A stretch of DNA of 61,518 bases from Paramecium tetraurelia (lineage: Eukaryota). A model generated the notes under the pieces. The model was not told the DNA's origin, did not search any database, and saw only the letters and a list, made by a program, of their open reading frames with translations. Positions 1-11,795 of the stretch are shown one piece after another. Position 1 is the stretch's first letter; each line of letters starts with the position of its first letter. The stretch covers positions 888,601 to 950,118 of the forward strand of contig CT868096.1 in NCBI GenBank assembly GCA_000165425.1, in the 5' to 3' direction. The translations under genes were made by a program, and so were the position numbers.

Positions 1-36
1 TGATATAGTCTATGAATTCATTCAATATGTTGGGTA

Positions 37-977
37 TCATATCTTATTGGATTTATTGTTTTTAAGTATCCAAAATTACTGTTTCGATATCCATGGTCTT
101 CTAAATCATTTACTTATGCACTCCCTTCAGTTTGTCATTCACCTATTAAGTCTATAAGGTATATCTATAATCAATTCTTTCATTTAGAAACTTCTGCAAC
201 TCCATACTGTGTTTGTCGCTATCTTTTACTATCTCTTACAATTTGCTTTCATGATATTCCTACCCAATTACGATATTACTTTACCTTCTTAAAATTCCTC
301 ATAACCTCCAAAATATCGAGATTTGTATCTGTTCCTTATGATATGCATAACTTAATTTTTGGATCATATCGTTTCATAACAATTTACACATTTAATTTAT
401 TACTTTGCTTCAAAACTTCATTTAAGATACATTTCTGATGATCATCTAGTTCGTATTGCATCCTTGATGAATTATTCAAAGTTCGATCATTCTGTAGATC
501 GAAAGAATTCAATCGAATCGAAGGCAGTGCATTTGAGTTTTTGCTACTTAATTAACGATTCTTTATTCTCTCATTTTCTGCTAACGGCGATTGGAAGCCT
601 CCGACTCTAGCCCCTCCCAACCTACCAGTTTGTCCTCCTTCCATCATTCTCTACTTCATTCGTTACATCAAATCAGTTCTAGACAATGGTTCATGTTCAT
701 GCTCCCCCTCCGTTTGCATTTGATTACTATTCTGAACTGATTTCAATACATCCTTCCAAACTTACGTATATCTCCCTATAGCATGACTATAGTCATTTTA
801 ATCTCTCGCTTAAAGCATATAGCATAGTTCATTTGATGTAAGCTCCAAATCTTACAGAAATTTTGGCAAACTAATAGAACTTCCTTGTTTAAGCACATTT
901 TTGCTCAAACCCATTAGAAATTCCCCTATCTTCTCTAAAGTTGCTTTCTCCTACTAAGAAGCTGGAGTAAAAATCAT
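37..977 (-). CDS. Hypothetical protein (helical/coiled-coil)
   Basis: Table-6 frame from ATG 977 (MIFTPASQQEKATLEKIGEF...) to TGA 37-39 with one GTA..TAG intron; no family motif recognised. Confidence 0.65.
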
Positions 978-985
978 TAAGCGTA

Positions 986-1007
986 TTATATATATATATA
1001 ATATATA
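986..1007. repeat. (TA)n microsatellite in a 36-bp intergenic spacer
   Basis: ttatatatatatataatatata between the OFD1 stop and the next ATG. Confidence 0.7.
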
Positions 1008-1013
1008 ACTAAG

Positions 1014-2934
1014 TCACATAAGTTCTGAATATGTTTCCTCGATAATATTGGATTGCTATTACTGTGTTCCCTATCCTGGCTTCTTTTAAAATACACCACT
1101 CTAAACAACTTAAGATTGGGCATCCTCTCCAGTCTAAAATATCTTACCACCCTAGTAATCTTCATGCAACTTGGATCTATATTGCAATCCACCAACCTAA
1201 GAATAATTGACAGAACTGTTGTAAACATCCCAAACATTATCGAATTTCAAAGCAGGTTCAGTATTCAAAGATACAACAGCATTCTCTTATAATCTCTTTA
1301 TTTCTTCTCTTCTTCTCATCCTATTCTCATCTAATTCATTGTTGATTTGCTTCATTTTATTACTGTGATCCTAGAAATTATATTGCATCAATTGTGAATC
1401 AGCAATGTTTCCCTTAAATAACGCAGATTGAATATCAAAGTTAGGCGAATGATTCTCTTTAACCTACAAATCCTTGATCAAGAGTTCTTGTGCTTCCACC
1501 TTTTTCTAATATTGCTCAATTTCTTTTTATAACTTTTTGACCTATTCCTATTACAGTACTTTGTGATCATTCAACATTCCATCCTTGTGATTGATAGTTG
1601 TTTTATATAAAGTCATCTCTTCCTCTTTCAATCTTATGTCTGTTTCATATTTTCTACATAATTCCTAATCTCTTCTCTGAGCATCACTTACTGCTCTTAG
1701 ATTTTCTTTCATTTATTCATATTCATACTCCATTTCCTTTCTTCTCTTTTTAACTTCTCTTACTTATTCAACATACTTTTTATTTTCCTCCACCATTTGT
1801 TCATTTTCCCTTTACAAAGTCTTAATAGTTGACTTCAAATTCTCCATATTCCTTAGATCTCCCTCTAGCTATTTTAGTTTATTTCTAATCTATTCTCTCT
1901 CCTCATAGAATTCAGTCTCAGCTGAAGCTTTGGCTGCATGTATTTATGCCTCATACTTTCTGCGAATCACATCCTCATTGCCATTTGCATCAGCCAATTT
2001 CTTAGACAAATCTCTTTCCATTACATCCAATTTGGCCTTCTAGAATTTCAAGCTCTCCTCATTAGCAATTCTCTATTTCTCTATTTCCTATTCTTTTAAC
2101 TTAATTATCTCATGTTCCTTCAAAATCTTTTATCTATACTAATAATTCAAAGACTCTAGTTCTTTTGTTTTCTATGCAGCCATCTTTAATGTTTCATTTT
2201 CCCTTTCCCTCAAAACATTTAATTTCTCTTAGAAATTCTTCTCTAATTCCTCCCTGTAATCCTATAATTTTTATCTGTATTTATCAGCCTCCTCCAACCT
2301 AATGTGCTAGGCCTCAAACTCTCTGATTCTGGTCGTCTCTGTGGCTATTTCCGTTTTCAAACGTTGCTCATATTCTCTCTTCATCTTCAGAATTCGTTCC
2401 TCCATATCATACTAAGGTTTGAGCAGTTCATTTTCAATTTTGCTTTTGTACATATTATCTACCATGCTTAATTTCTGTTCCAAATTTATTACAGCATCCC
2501 CATAAAATGTTTAAGTGGCTGCATTGGATTTCAGTGGTTCCTTAGGCTTAAGAAGCAATATATCACTAAACATTTATGACAAAATTGATCCTTATAAATT
2601 ATCAATTTTCAAAAGTATTTTCAATTCCTCTTTATTCAATAAAGCTGCTCCAAAAGTGGTTTCTGGTACAAAAACAGACCTAAAATATATTGTAAAAGTA
2701 CAATGAATAATCCATTCTTGCCTCTCGTAAATAATCTGCCACTGCACTAGCTAACACTCTTTTTAGTAACATCTCACTTTCTGATACTTTATCGGAGGAT
2801 GGAATTTTCTTTTATTGCATTTACAGTCTCTCCAGTAACTTGTATCTAAGCTATGTTTTCATATTTTCAACCATTCCTTCCTTTTATAGCTCTTACTATA
2901 ATTGAAATTTGAGATCGTTAAACGATTAATCCAT
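1014..2934 (-). CDS. OFD1: OFD1-like basal body protein (N-terminal LisH-containing region + coiled coils)
   Basis: N-terminus MDQSFNDLKFQLQQELQKEGMVENMKTQLRYKLLERL...AVADYLREARMDYSLSVFVPET (after a tiny intron at ~2680-2701) matches the OFD1 KTQLR / ADHL..YSLSVFFPE pattern; long coiled coil follows; TGA at 1014-1016. Confidence 0.85.
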
Positions 2935-3183
2935 TTGAATAAATATTATAAAAATAAATATTTAAAAATATCAATATAAGAAATTGATTTCTATGAATAA
3001 ATTATTAGATGACTTCAAAGGGTATTGATATTATTTTATATACCCCTTCTTTTTTTGTATTATTTAAACTCTTACTATGTAATTAGGTAAAATGTGTATA
3101 TATTATTGTTGAATATAAAATTATCTTTATTAATGAAATTAAGATACTAAAAAAGAGTAAATTTAAATAATTTAATAAGTAAT

Positions 3184-5418
3184 TCAACGTTATTGAAATG
3201 GAATTTTTGTCTTTTTAACAGACTCACTTCTCTTTTGGAGGAATCCTTTCTATGAATTAAGATATAATAAATTTTACATTAGATTAACGATTAAGACTAG
3301 CCAATTGTGTAGAAATTTGTTAAGCAAGCTACTTAGATGAATCATCTCCAGTAATAGTGCTTATTTGAGTGCGATATCTCATTTATGCAGTTTTGACACC
3401 GTTAGATTAACTTTTTAAGTTGGCTTAGCTAGCTTTTCTAGAATTGGAAAGAGATCTACTAGCAGAGATAGTGGTTTTAAATTAAGAAGTCATAAATGGA
3501 TTAAAAGTCTTTTAATTTTCCTGAACTTTAGATGCAGCCTAGTACTTTTGTTTTAAGATAGTTATAGGAGTATGTTTCTATTTTAGTTTTTCTTATGTCA
3601 ATTTAGCTTGTTGATTAAGTATTTAATTCATTAGGATTTCCACTCTCTGTCTTATGTCAGTAGAGTTTAGAGATTTATTATGTTTTTAAATAAATAGTTT
3701 CTACTATTGTTGAGGAGACTTTTCTGTTTCATCATGCCAAGTATCGAATTTTTTATCTGTATCAGGCTAGGTAAAGATATGTTTTTGAGGAAGCATTGCT
3801 TACTTCTTAGCTAATATGGTTTATTGTATCTTTTGGAATGTTGTTTATGTATTTTGAGATTATTTGGTTTCTGTTTCTTTAGACTGTTTGTTATGATTGG
3901 GGACCTTGATAATGATGACAACTTTGTTAGAGAGGGTGGATTTGTTGTTATAAGGATGAGGTTTCAATAATTTGGTGTGATATTCAACTTCTTCATCTTC
4001 TGGCTAAATTATATTGTGACATGATTACAATAGATTATTTGTCGACTCCATATAATTTTTGATAGACCTGATAAATCTAATTGAAGATTGCACTTGAATG
4101 TGGCACATATGTGTAGAATATCTCCACTGCTTTGCCCAGCCAGATTTCAACTGTTAATTTGTTTTATTGATTGTTGATGAATCTGAGTTCTGTTGAAATA
4201 CTATAGAAGCTTAATCCTGTCAACATTATCTAATGATTTAATGGATAAGATTTACTAATTCTAGGATGACTTCTTCGGCCATCACCATCTCAAAACTATT
4301 TATAGGGAATAACTCCTCTAAATCTACATAAGTTAATTACATCAACCCTAGAATTTGCATTTGTAACATAGGGTGTGTATCATCAATAATAGTGAATAAT
4401 TTATTTTGTTGATTATTTTGCGGTTGAAAGACATACTCAGAGGCAAAGAGTGACTGACTTCTATTTTAGAAGTTACGAATCATTAAATTTTGAGTGCTCA
4501 TGACCTCGTGAGACTTGTCATCATTTGGCAGCATAGTTTTAATAGAAATCAGTATTTCTTTGAAGACTGCCTCGACAATTTAAGGATAAGACAGGATTTA
4601 GGATTATTGTTGAGGGGGATTTTATGCTTGGTTTTTTTGCAAAGGAGAACTGATTTCAGAATTGGCACGTTGTTTTTTATTGACTGATGATGATCCAGTT
4701 GTGAGTTAACACAATTTAATGGTGTTCTATATAATGCTCTTTAATATCCTTAAGGCACTCTTGGCCATTTCCAAGGCCTGTTTATTTCTGATATAAAATG
4801 TAGAGTTTACTTTTTGGTTTCGGAAAATAGCAGAGTGATCTAAAAGATGAGTCTCAATCTCAATAGTTTATTTTATATGGTTTTGGCTAAGCTCAAACTT
4901 TCAGGTGGATTTTTTTTAAGAGTCTATCCTTTAATCTTGAGAATCTAGACACAATCTAACAACATTTCTAAAGCTTCATTTTAGGCTGCATATTTCTTTA
5001 GGATTATGGCATAATTTATTTTTGAGAATAAAACAGATGTGTATTACACTTGAATCCTAAAGTAAATGATTTGGATTACTGATTCTGCGTATAAAATTCT
5101 AACAGTTTGGCTGCTCTATTGTGATACTCCAGGGCTTGATATTCTGAGATGTCTTCTTATATTGCCATGTTGGTAAGATCGGTCATAATTAGATCTGGGA
5201 CATCAGGTTTAATGTAAATAATTTCTTAATGTTCATCAGTCTGGATGAAATAGAAATAAAGGTGTTACTTAAACTAGAAAATTCTATTCTGTATTTAACA
5301 ACTCTCGTTTGAAAATGATTTTTTTCGATCTAACAATATCAATGGGAGACTTATTCGATAATTAAGCTGGTGTCAAACCATTTTTATGATTAAAGGTGTG
5401 CGCCTCTAATTTAATCAT
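3184..5418 (-). CDS. Uncharacterised ciliate helical-repeat-like protein
   Basis: ATG 5418 (MIKLEAHTFNHKNG...), several tiny introns, blocks SFYSISTELRFI and VEIWLGKAVEIFYTYVP, TGA 3184-3186. Internal splice model not fully resolved. Confidence 0.65.
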
Positions 5419-5460
5419 TTATTTATATAATTTTATATTAATATATATATCTGATGGTTA

Positions 5461-6072
5461 TCAAAATGTTCTTTTAACCATGATATTATAGAAATCTTCT
5501 CTAGTGATCTCCCTTCCATTTGAAGCTGCTCTCTCTAGCATCTCTGCTAACTCTTCTGCTGTCATTGTCTCACCCAATTCTTTAGAAACCTAATACAATT
5601 TCAATATGCAATCATTACTCTCTTCAAGTTATTCAAATTAATGGAATTGCTTCCATCATCATCAAACAAATCAAATATTTTATTTATCCCATCCCTATTT
5701 TCTCTGTTTCCCAATTTTGATGTGATGGCATCCAAAAATTAGTCAAAATCAATGTCAGTTCTATGTCTAAACTCATACTGCATACCCTTCATTCTCCAAC
5801 TCAGCGATCATATTGAAAATAGTTGGGTTTTTTTAATCAAATCCCAAACTTTGCATAGCTGCTTTCAATTCTCTTGGATCCACTCTTCCTGTGCCTTCTG
5901 TATCAAACAAATTGAATGCTTCTCTTATTTCATCAATCTCGTCATCAGTCAATCCAGGTCTTCACATTTCAAACATCATACATTACCTTTCCTGTGGTTT
6001 GCGTACATTTCCTTATTTTTAGGGTTATTACTTTTGAGTTACAGGTGCTTGAGCCTATTGCTTACCTCTCAT
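5461..6072 (-). CDS. Centrin (EF-hand), ICL1e-like subfamily
   Basis: [41 protein letters not shown]...[61 protein letters not shown]; three tiny introns. Confidence 0.95.
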
Positions 6073-6132
6073 ATCTTTATTTTAAATATAAAATATATAT
6101 ATATGTATATAATTTTATGGGCAATCTCTTCA

Positions 6133-7311
6133 ATGGATATTCTAAATAAATAAATTAATAAAATGATTGATGAAACTTTATAACCAATATAAATTAAAAA
6201 TTGGACTCAGGGTTTTCAAACTCAACTAAGAACATCCACCAAAAGAACCCTGAGCAGATTGAAATCAATTGAGAGCAACACCATTTCACATGACCCACCT
6301 TCAGATTTGTCAACTAAATTCAAAACAAACCAAAAAACAATCAAAATATCTGATAGATGCATTCACAGTTAGTATGCCAGCAGAAAAATATCGTTTAAAC
6401 AAAAACAACCCACTCAGACCATCTTTCAACAGCCATTATGCAAAGCCCCTCTGTATATGCAATTGATTCCCTTTTTTAAAGTTTCAGCCCAAAGTTGGGC
6501 TATATTCAACGGGAATACTGGAGAATATATCACTGGATATAATTAAAATAAATGCAGATAAATAGCTTCGATTACCAAAATTGTCACTTGTATTGTAAGT
6601 TTAAGGTTAGCAAAAGAATTAAATTTGAACATAGATCGAAAACGCTTTTTTGTTCCAGATTAAGTTAATTAATTAAACTAAATAGGCATAAAAAATATCT
6701 GGAACTTCTGCAGGGTTATTGAAAGGAGACTCTATCTTTTTAAGAGACCTCCTTTATGGATTGATGCTACCATCAGGTAATGATGCTGCTGTCACACTTT
6801 CTTACAATTTCTAATTATACTCTTTAGAAAACGATCACTTCTTAAAAGAAATGAATCGATTTGTCCAAGCCTTAGGATTATCCAATACACAGTTTAGTAA
6901 TGTTCATGGTAACCCATACATCTATATTCAAAAGGACTTTGCAACGAAAACAATTTCTCCACAGCTTATGATGTGGGTAAATTTACATACGAGAGTTTGT
7001 AAAATGAATAATTCTAAAAAATTGTAAGAACCTAATCCTATTTTTGCGAAACTCCAAATCAATTACAAAACACCTCCAGAGAATTGTATTGGGAGAACAC
7101 TAACAAACTATTACAATAAGGATTCAAAGGAGTCAAGACAGGCATCACAAAAGAAGCGGGGCCTTCAGTTGTTGAATATTTCTAGGACTCAACTAATTCC
7201 TATATAATTGTTCTATTGAATTGCAGTTCAAGTGAAAATAGATGGACAGATGCATTAAGACTATTGTAATGGATTTAGAAACAGGATACTTTGATTAAAT
7301 AATTTATATGA
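6133..7311 (+). CDS. D-alanyl-D-alanine carboxypeptidase-like (peptidase S11, low-MW penicillin-binding protein fold)
   Basis: SxxK (IASITK, 6568-6579), SxN (LMLPSGNDAA, 6773-6781), FSNVHGL..STAYDV, NTNKLL and KTG (GVKTGIT, 7135-7143); two tiny introns; start at 6133 or 6163. Confidence 0.9.
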
Positions 7312-7852
7312 ATTACACCTCCTTCTATATTATATAGTTATGTAGAATTAGATATAATTTAATTATTATATTTGATAGGAGATAGGAGGATAATAATCCA
7401 ATATAGAATTTCGTGATTTCCTTAAAGATATCTTAGAAATTCTTAATTTTCTATTTTTAAGACAATTTTCTCGAAAATATTTATTGATATAGTTTAATGA
7501 AAGATTAGGAGTTCACCAAAAATTCTGCAATCCATTAATTCCGAATCTTTAATCAGGAGACTGTAATTGATTTGGTAATCACTAATGCATTAAGAATTTA
7601 GTTCTAGTAAATTAATATTAATTCCTGTCTTTTTTAAGTATATATATATTATTGAACAAAAATAGGTCTTTAACTAATTAAACTTCATAATGTATATCAT
7701 CATAATTTAATGTATTTAATATTTGCTTTTATGAATTTTGCAATTCCTAAAATAGGATGATGATTCATACAGTTTTTCATCAATTTTGCCATAAATTTTA
7801 AATTGGAGTATTTTTGATAACATTAAATAAATATTTCAAATTCAAATATAAA

Positions 7853-9789
7853 ATGTAACATCTGAGCTATCCACCCGATAAAAAAATACAGAATTACCAA
7901 TTTAGTTTTAGATCCAAATTAGGCAAAGGTGCATATGGGACAGTCTATGCTGGTAAAAACACTAATGATAGTACATTTGCATATTTATCATTAGATAGTA
8001 TTGTTGCTCTTAAAATTATTGACAAGAAATTGCTTCTCACTGATTATGCCAATCAACTCATCGCTTCTGAAATTGAAATCATGAAAAAAATAAATGATTC
8101 CCATGTTGTTAAACTGCTTGATGTATTATAGAGTGCAAATAATACCTACATCATTACTGAATATTGTAATGGTGGCGATTTGAGAGAGTTCATAAAGGCC
8201 AGAAAGTACTAAATTCAAAATATTTAGAGTTATCCCTGAAGAGGAAGCACTTAAAATCTTAAAGGATTTGCTGTAAGGGATCAAGGCTTTACTTAAACAA
8301 GGCATCATACATCGTGACATAAAACCAGCCAATATCCTTATCCATGACTCTCAATTCAAAATTACAGACTTTGGTTTCGCAAAGCAAATAGATCAAAATC
8401 TTGATACAATTATGAACTCCCTTGTTGGTACTCCACTATATATGAGTCCTTAAATTCTAAAAAGAGGCAAGTATTCATCCAAATGCGATATCTGGTCCTT
8501 AGGCTTAATTATGTATGAAATGCTGTATGGTATGACTCCGTGGCATTCTCAAAACTTAGTAGAATTGATGAACAAATTGGACTCAAAGGTATATCAATTA
8601 TATTATCAATTAGCCTCTTTCATTTCCAACTCATCCACGTGTTTCTGATTCTACTAAATAGATGATAAAAGGATGCTTGTAAATAAGAGAAGAAAAAAGA
8701 TGGAGTTGGGAAGACCTCTTTAAAGCCGTTAATTTTAATTCAAATGAGAATAAGGAAAACTCATCTCCAAAATAAGAAATTCATGCGCAAACCTATAGAG
8801 AGAATTTAAGTTCTCAAAATAACAATCAATCAAAATACTCTCTTCAAATGCAAAGATTCAAATAAAGAACTGAATCATTATGCTAATAAATCAATAAGCA
8901 TAATCGAAGTTATAGCAATACTGCTTTTCAAACTAATGAGAGATCGAATCGATATGATAATAAAACCCCTGTTAATGATAAATCTAAATAGACATGTAGT
9001 TATTTTGATCTAAAAGAGAATCTCAAATAAAATAATATCAAATAAGAAAGAGAAAGAAGCAACTCTTAAAATTATAGATTTCATACACAAAGGAATGAAT
9101 TAACAACTTTCATTGATAAGATTCATAATGTTTAATAAAAATTAAATAGTAATAATGATTCCTGTAAAACTACAAGCGCTATGCAATCTCACTCAACCAA
9201 CACTTCAAATAAATTGAATTATGAATTAGATTTAGTTAAGGTCTCAGAATTTCAATTAGACGAAAACAATAAAGCATTAGATGACCACAACACTTTAAGA
9301 AATCCAAAAACTGAAAGAGTCAAAAGAACCAATAGTTTAAGTAGGCATTTTCAACAACATACATTTTAAGGCAAGACTCATTTGCAGTAATTAATTAAAG
9401 TAATTGAGAATTAGCTGGAATTGATACCAAATTAGGTGGGTTGCAAAATTGAAATCAATACTATGGTAATATTGCATAGAGATATTATTAATTATGCCTC
9501 CAGCAAATAGATTTATACAAATTAAGATTTAAAAGATCTCAAATTACTAATAAATAACCTAATATCCTATTTGAATCTGAACACTGGAGAACATTCAAGC
9601 AAATAATCTCAAACAATGCTATTATTGCTCCTAACTTATCATAAGGTAGTAGTCTACAATATCAAAAACAAAACTCTAAATATCGATGCTAATCTGATAG
9701 AAACAATTAAAAAAAACATCCAAATTTAATAAAATCAATTAACTATTGAATCTAAACAATTAAGAGAGCACATCAATTAATTAATGTGA
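7853..9789 (+). CDS. Ser/Thr protein kinase, ULK-like
   Basis: [38 protein letters not shown]; low-complexity C-terminal tail; TGA 9787-9789. Confidence 0.93.
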
Positions 9790-9894
9790 TTTTATATATT
9801 TATTGTTATTTTTCAATTTACTTTATGTGTAATCTTTGAAAATATTCTCTATTCAATTCATAATAGTTAAATAAGTATGCATTATAATAATAGT

Positions 9895-11760
9895 TCAATT
9901 TATCTTAATCAACTTCATTTGTATCAATTGAGCCTTTTCCTACTCACTAACTACAAATGGAGAGCCATTTTCATCCAATAAGCATAATCCCATATCACAA
10001 TCGATCAAATGTTTCTCAGAATCATACGTACATGTCAAAATTCTGTCATTTTTGCCTAGATAAAGCAGTCCTATCAAAATTAATTCGGTTATAATATACT
10101 TCTTTTTATTGCCTTAGTCAAAGCATTCATCAAAGGTAATGGTGCTGATTTTCCTCTGCTTTTGCAAGAGACTTAGGCACTGATATCCTCACTTAAGATT
10201 TTAATATTATTCTATATTTAGGATTTCTTAAATGGGTTTCTTGGTGGACTTTGGAATTCTTCAATTTAAGCATTCTTTTTTGTTTTGCTGAAACCACAAG
10301 TCTCATTAATTTCAAAACTATCATTTGAATCCAGTAATGAATTTTCATTAAAATCAGCAAAATCATCCAAACTAATTTCATTTTTCTTTTTGACAATACT
10401 TATTTACTTTTTTGATTTCTATTTTCCTATTGCAACTGCTGTAGAAGTAGAAAAGAAACTATTTTATTTAACTTAAGGAGACAATTGTAGAGTCAATTAA
10501 GAGTTTGTATTTTTTAATTTAGTAATTTCAGATTAGAATTATGAAACTAAGAACTATTGTTAAGTCAACTATTTATTAAGTTCTTGTTTTTCCTTTTCAA
10601 TTTACTTGTTCTTCTACTTTAATTATGTTATAGTTTCAACAGATTATTGTTGCAATTACTTAAATTTATTTGTCAAATTGGTGAAGTGTTAACTCAGTTA
10701 TTTGCTCTCTTGTTTATTGCTATTATTCTCCTAATCTCGTTCATTTATAGTATCATACATGTGTTACAATTTTTAATTGACTTATTGTGTTAAATGCATT
10801 AACGTGTTTTGTATTTAATTTTTGATTTGTTGGAGTTCATCGCTTTTTTCGTTATTAATTTTATTTAGTAATTGATGAGCCTATTACAATTGCAATTAGT
10901 ATTAGTTTTATAATGAAGTAATTTAAACTTAAATAGTCTATTCTACTTTCTATCTGTCAGCCTTAGAATTCAGCTTAGAATTTAGATTCTCAATCTCTTG
11001 TTTGAAGTGTTATTCATCCTCATTCAATCTTAAGGATATATTGGAAGATAGATTTTTAACTAAGTGTTCACTCTATTTAGTCTTCTATTCAAAATTATCT
11101 TACAATTCCTTAAACTGTTCATTTAGATTATTTTACAGATTAGAGACTTTCCTATCAATTTCCAACATAAACTGTTAAGTGTAATCATTTTAAGAGATAT
11201 TCAAATCAATATTAGTTAACTTATATCTGATATCTTCCTAAAACTTCCTGAATTCTACATTAAATCTTTCTTGCAATTATTAATACTAATGAACTTTCTC
11301 TGATAGTTGTGTTTGCAATTATTAAATTTATTCATTTTGTTGTTTAATGATAGCTGACTGATTCGTATCATCTTGTTATGCTAAATTCAATTGGGCTTAA
11401 GATTGAACCTTGCTGAGTTCCTGAATTAAGGATGTCTTGTTCTGTTGTTCAGTTTTCAAAGGCACACACTATTAATATTATTACTACTATGGATAATAAG
11501 CAACAGTCTCTTAAAGGGGTTTTCTAATTGGTGGATTCGAACCTCTAAATTACAATAAGTTGAGTGAATTACCTTTACTGAGGGTATTGGACGTATTGTA
11601 AAGGTTGGTAAGGTAATTTTTATTCTTATGAGACGCATCTCATTATTTGTCTTGGTTCCATCGTTTGCTAAGTGGAAGAAGGTCTTAATTGACGTTACTC
11701 GATAGGCTATTGGTATACTGCGTTACCAAAGGCTCTTACAGGTATGCGCGAGGGCTTCAT
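9895..11760 (-). CDS. Coiled-coil protein of unknown function
   Basis: ATG 11760 (MKPSRIPVRAFG...), Gln-rich coiled coil, C-terminal LIDCDMGLCLLDENGSPFVV, TGA 9895-9897. Confidence 0.75.
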
Positions 11761-11795
11761 ATGTAAATTTGTTTTAACGATTAAATAATAATTAA

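Noticed and set aside
6133..7311. Bacterial contamination or an integrated bacterial island
   Set aside because: The gene has tiny spliceosomal introns and TAA/TAG-Gln codons and is tightly flanked by ciliate genes.
7320..7850. Possible minus-strand ORF or C/D snoRNA (ATGATGA near 7767)
   Set aside because: No start or motif for the ORF, and no terminal stem or convincing D box for a snoRNA.
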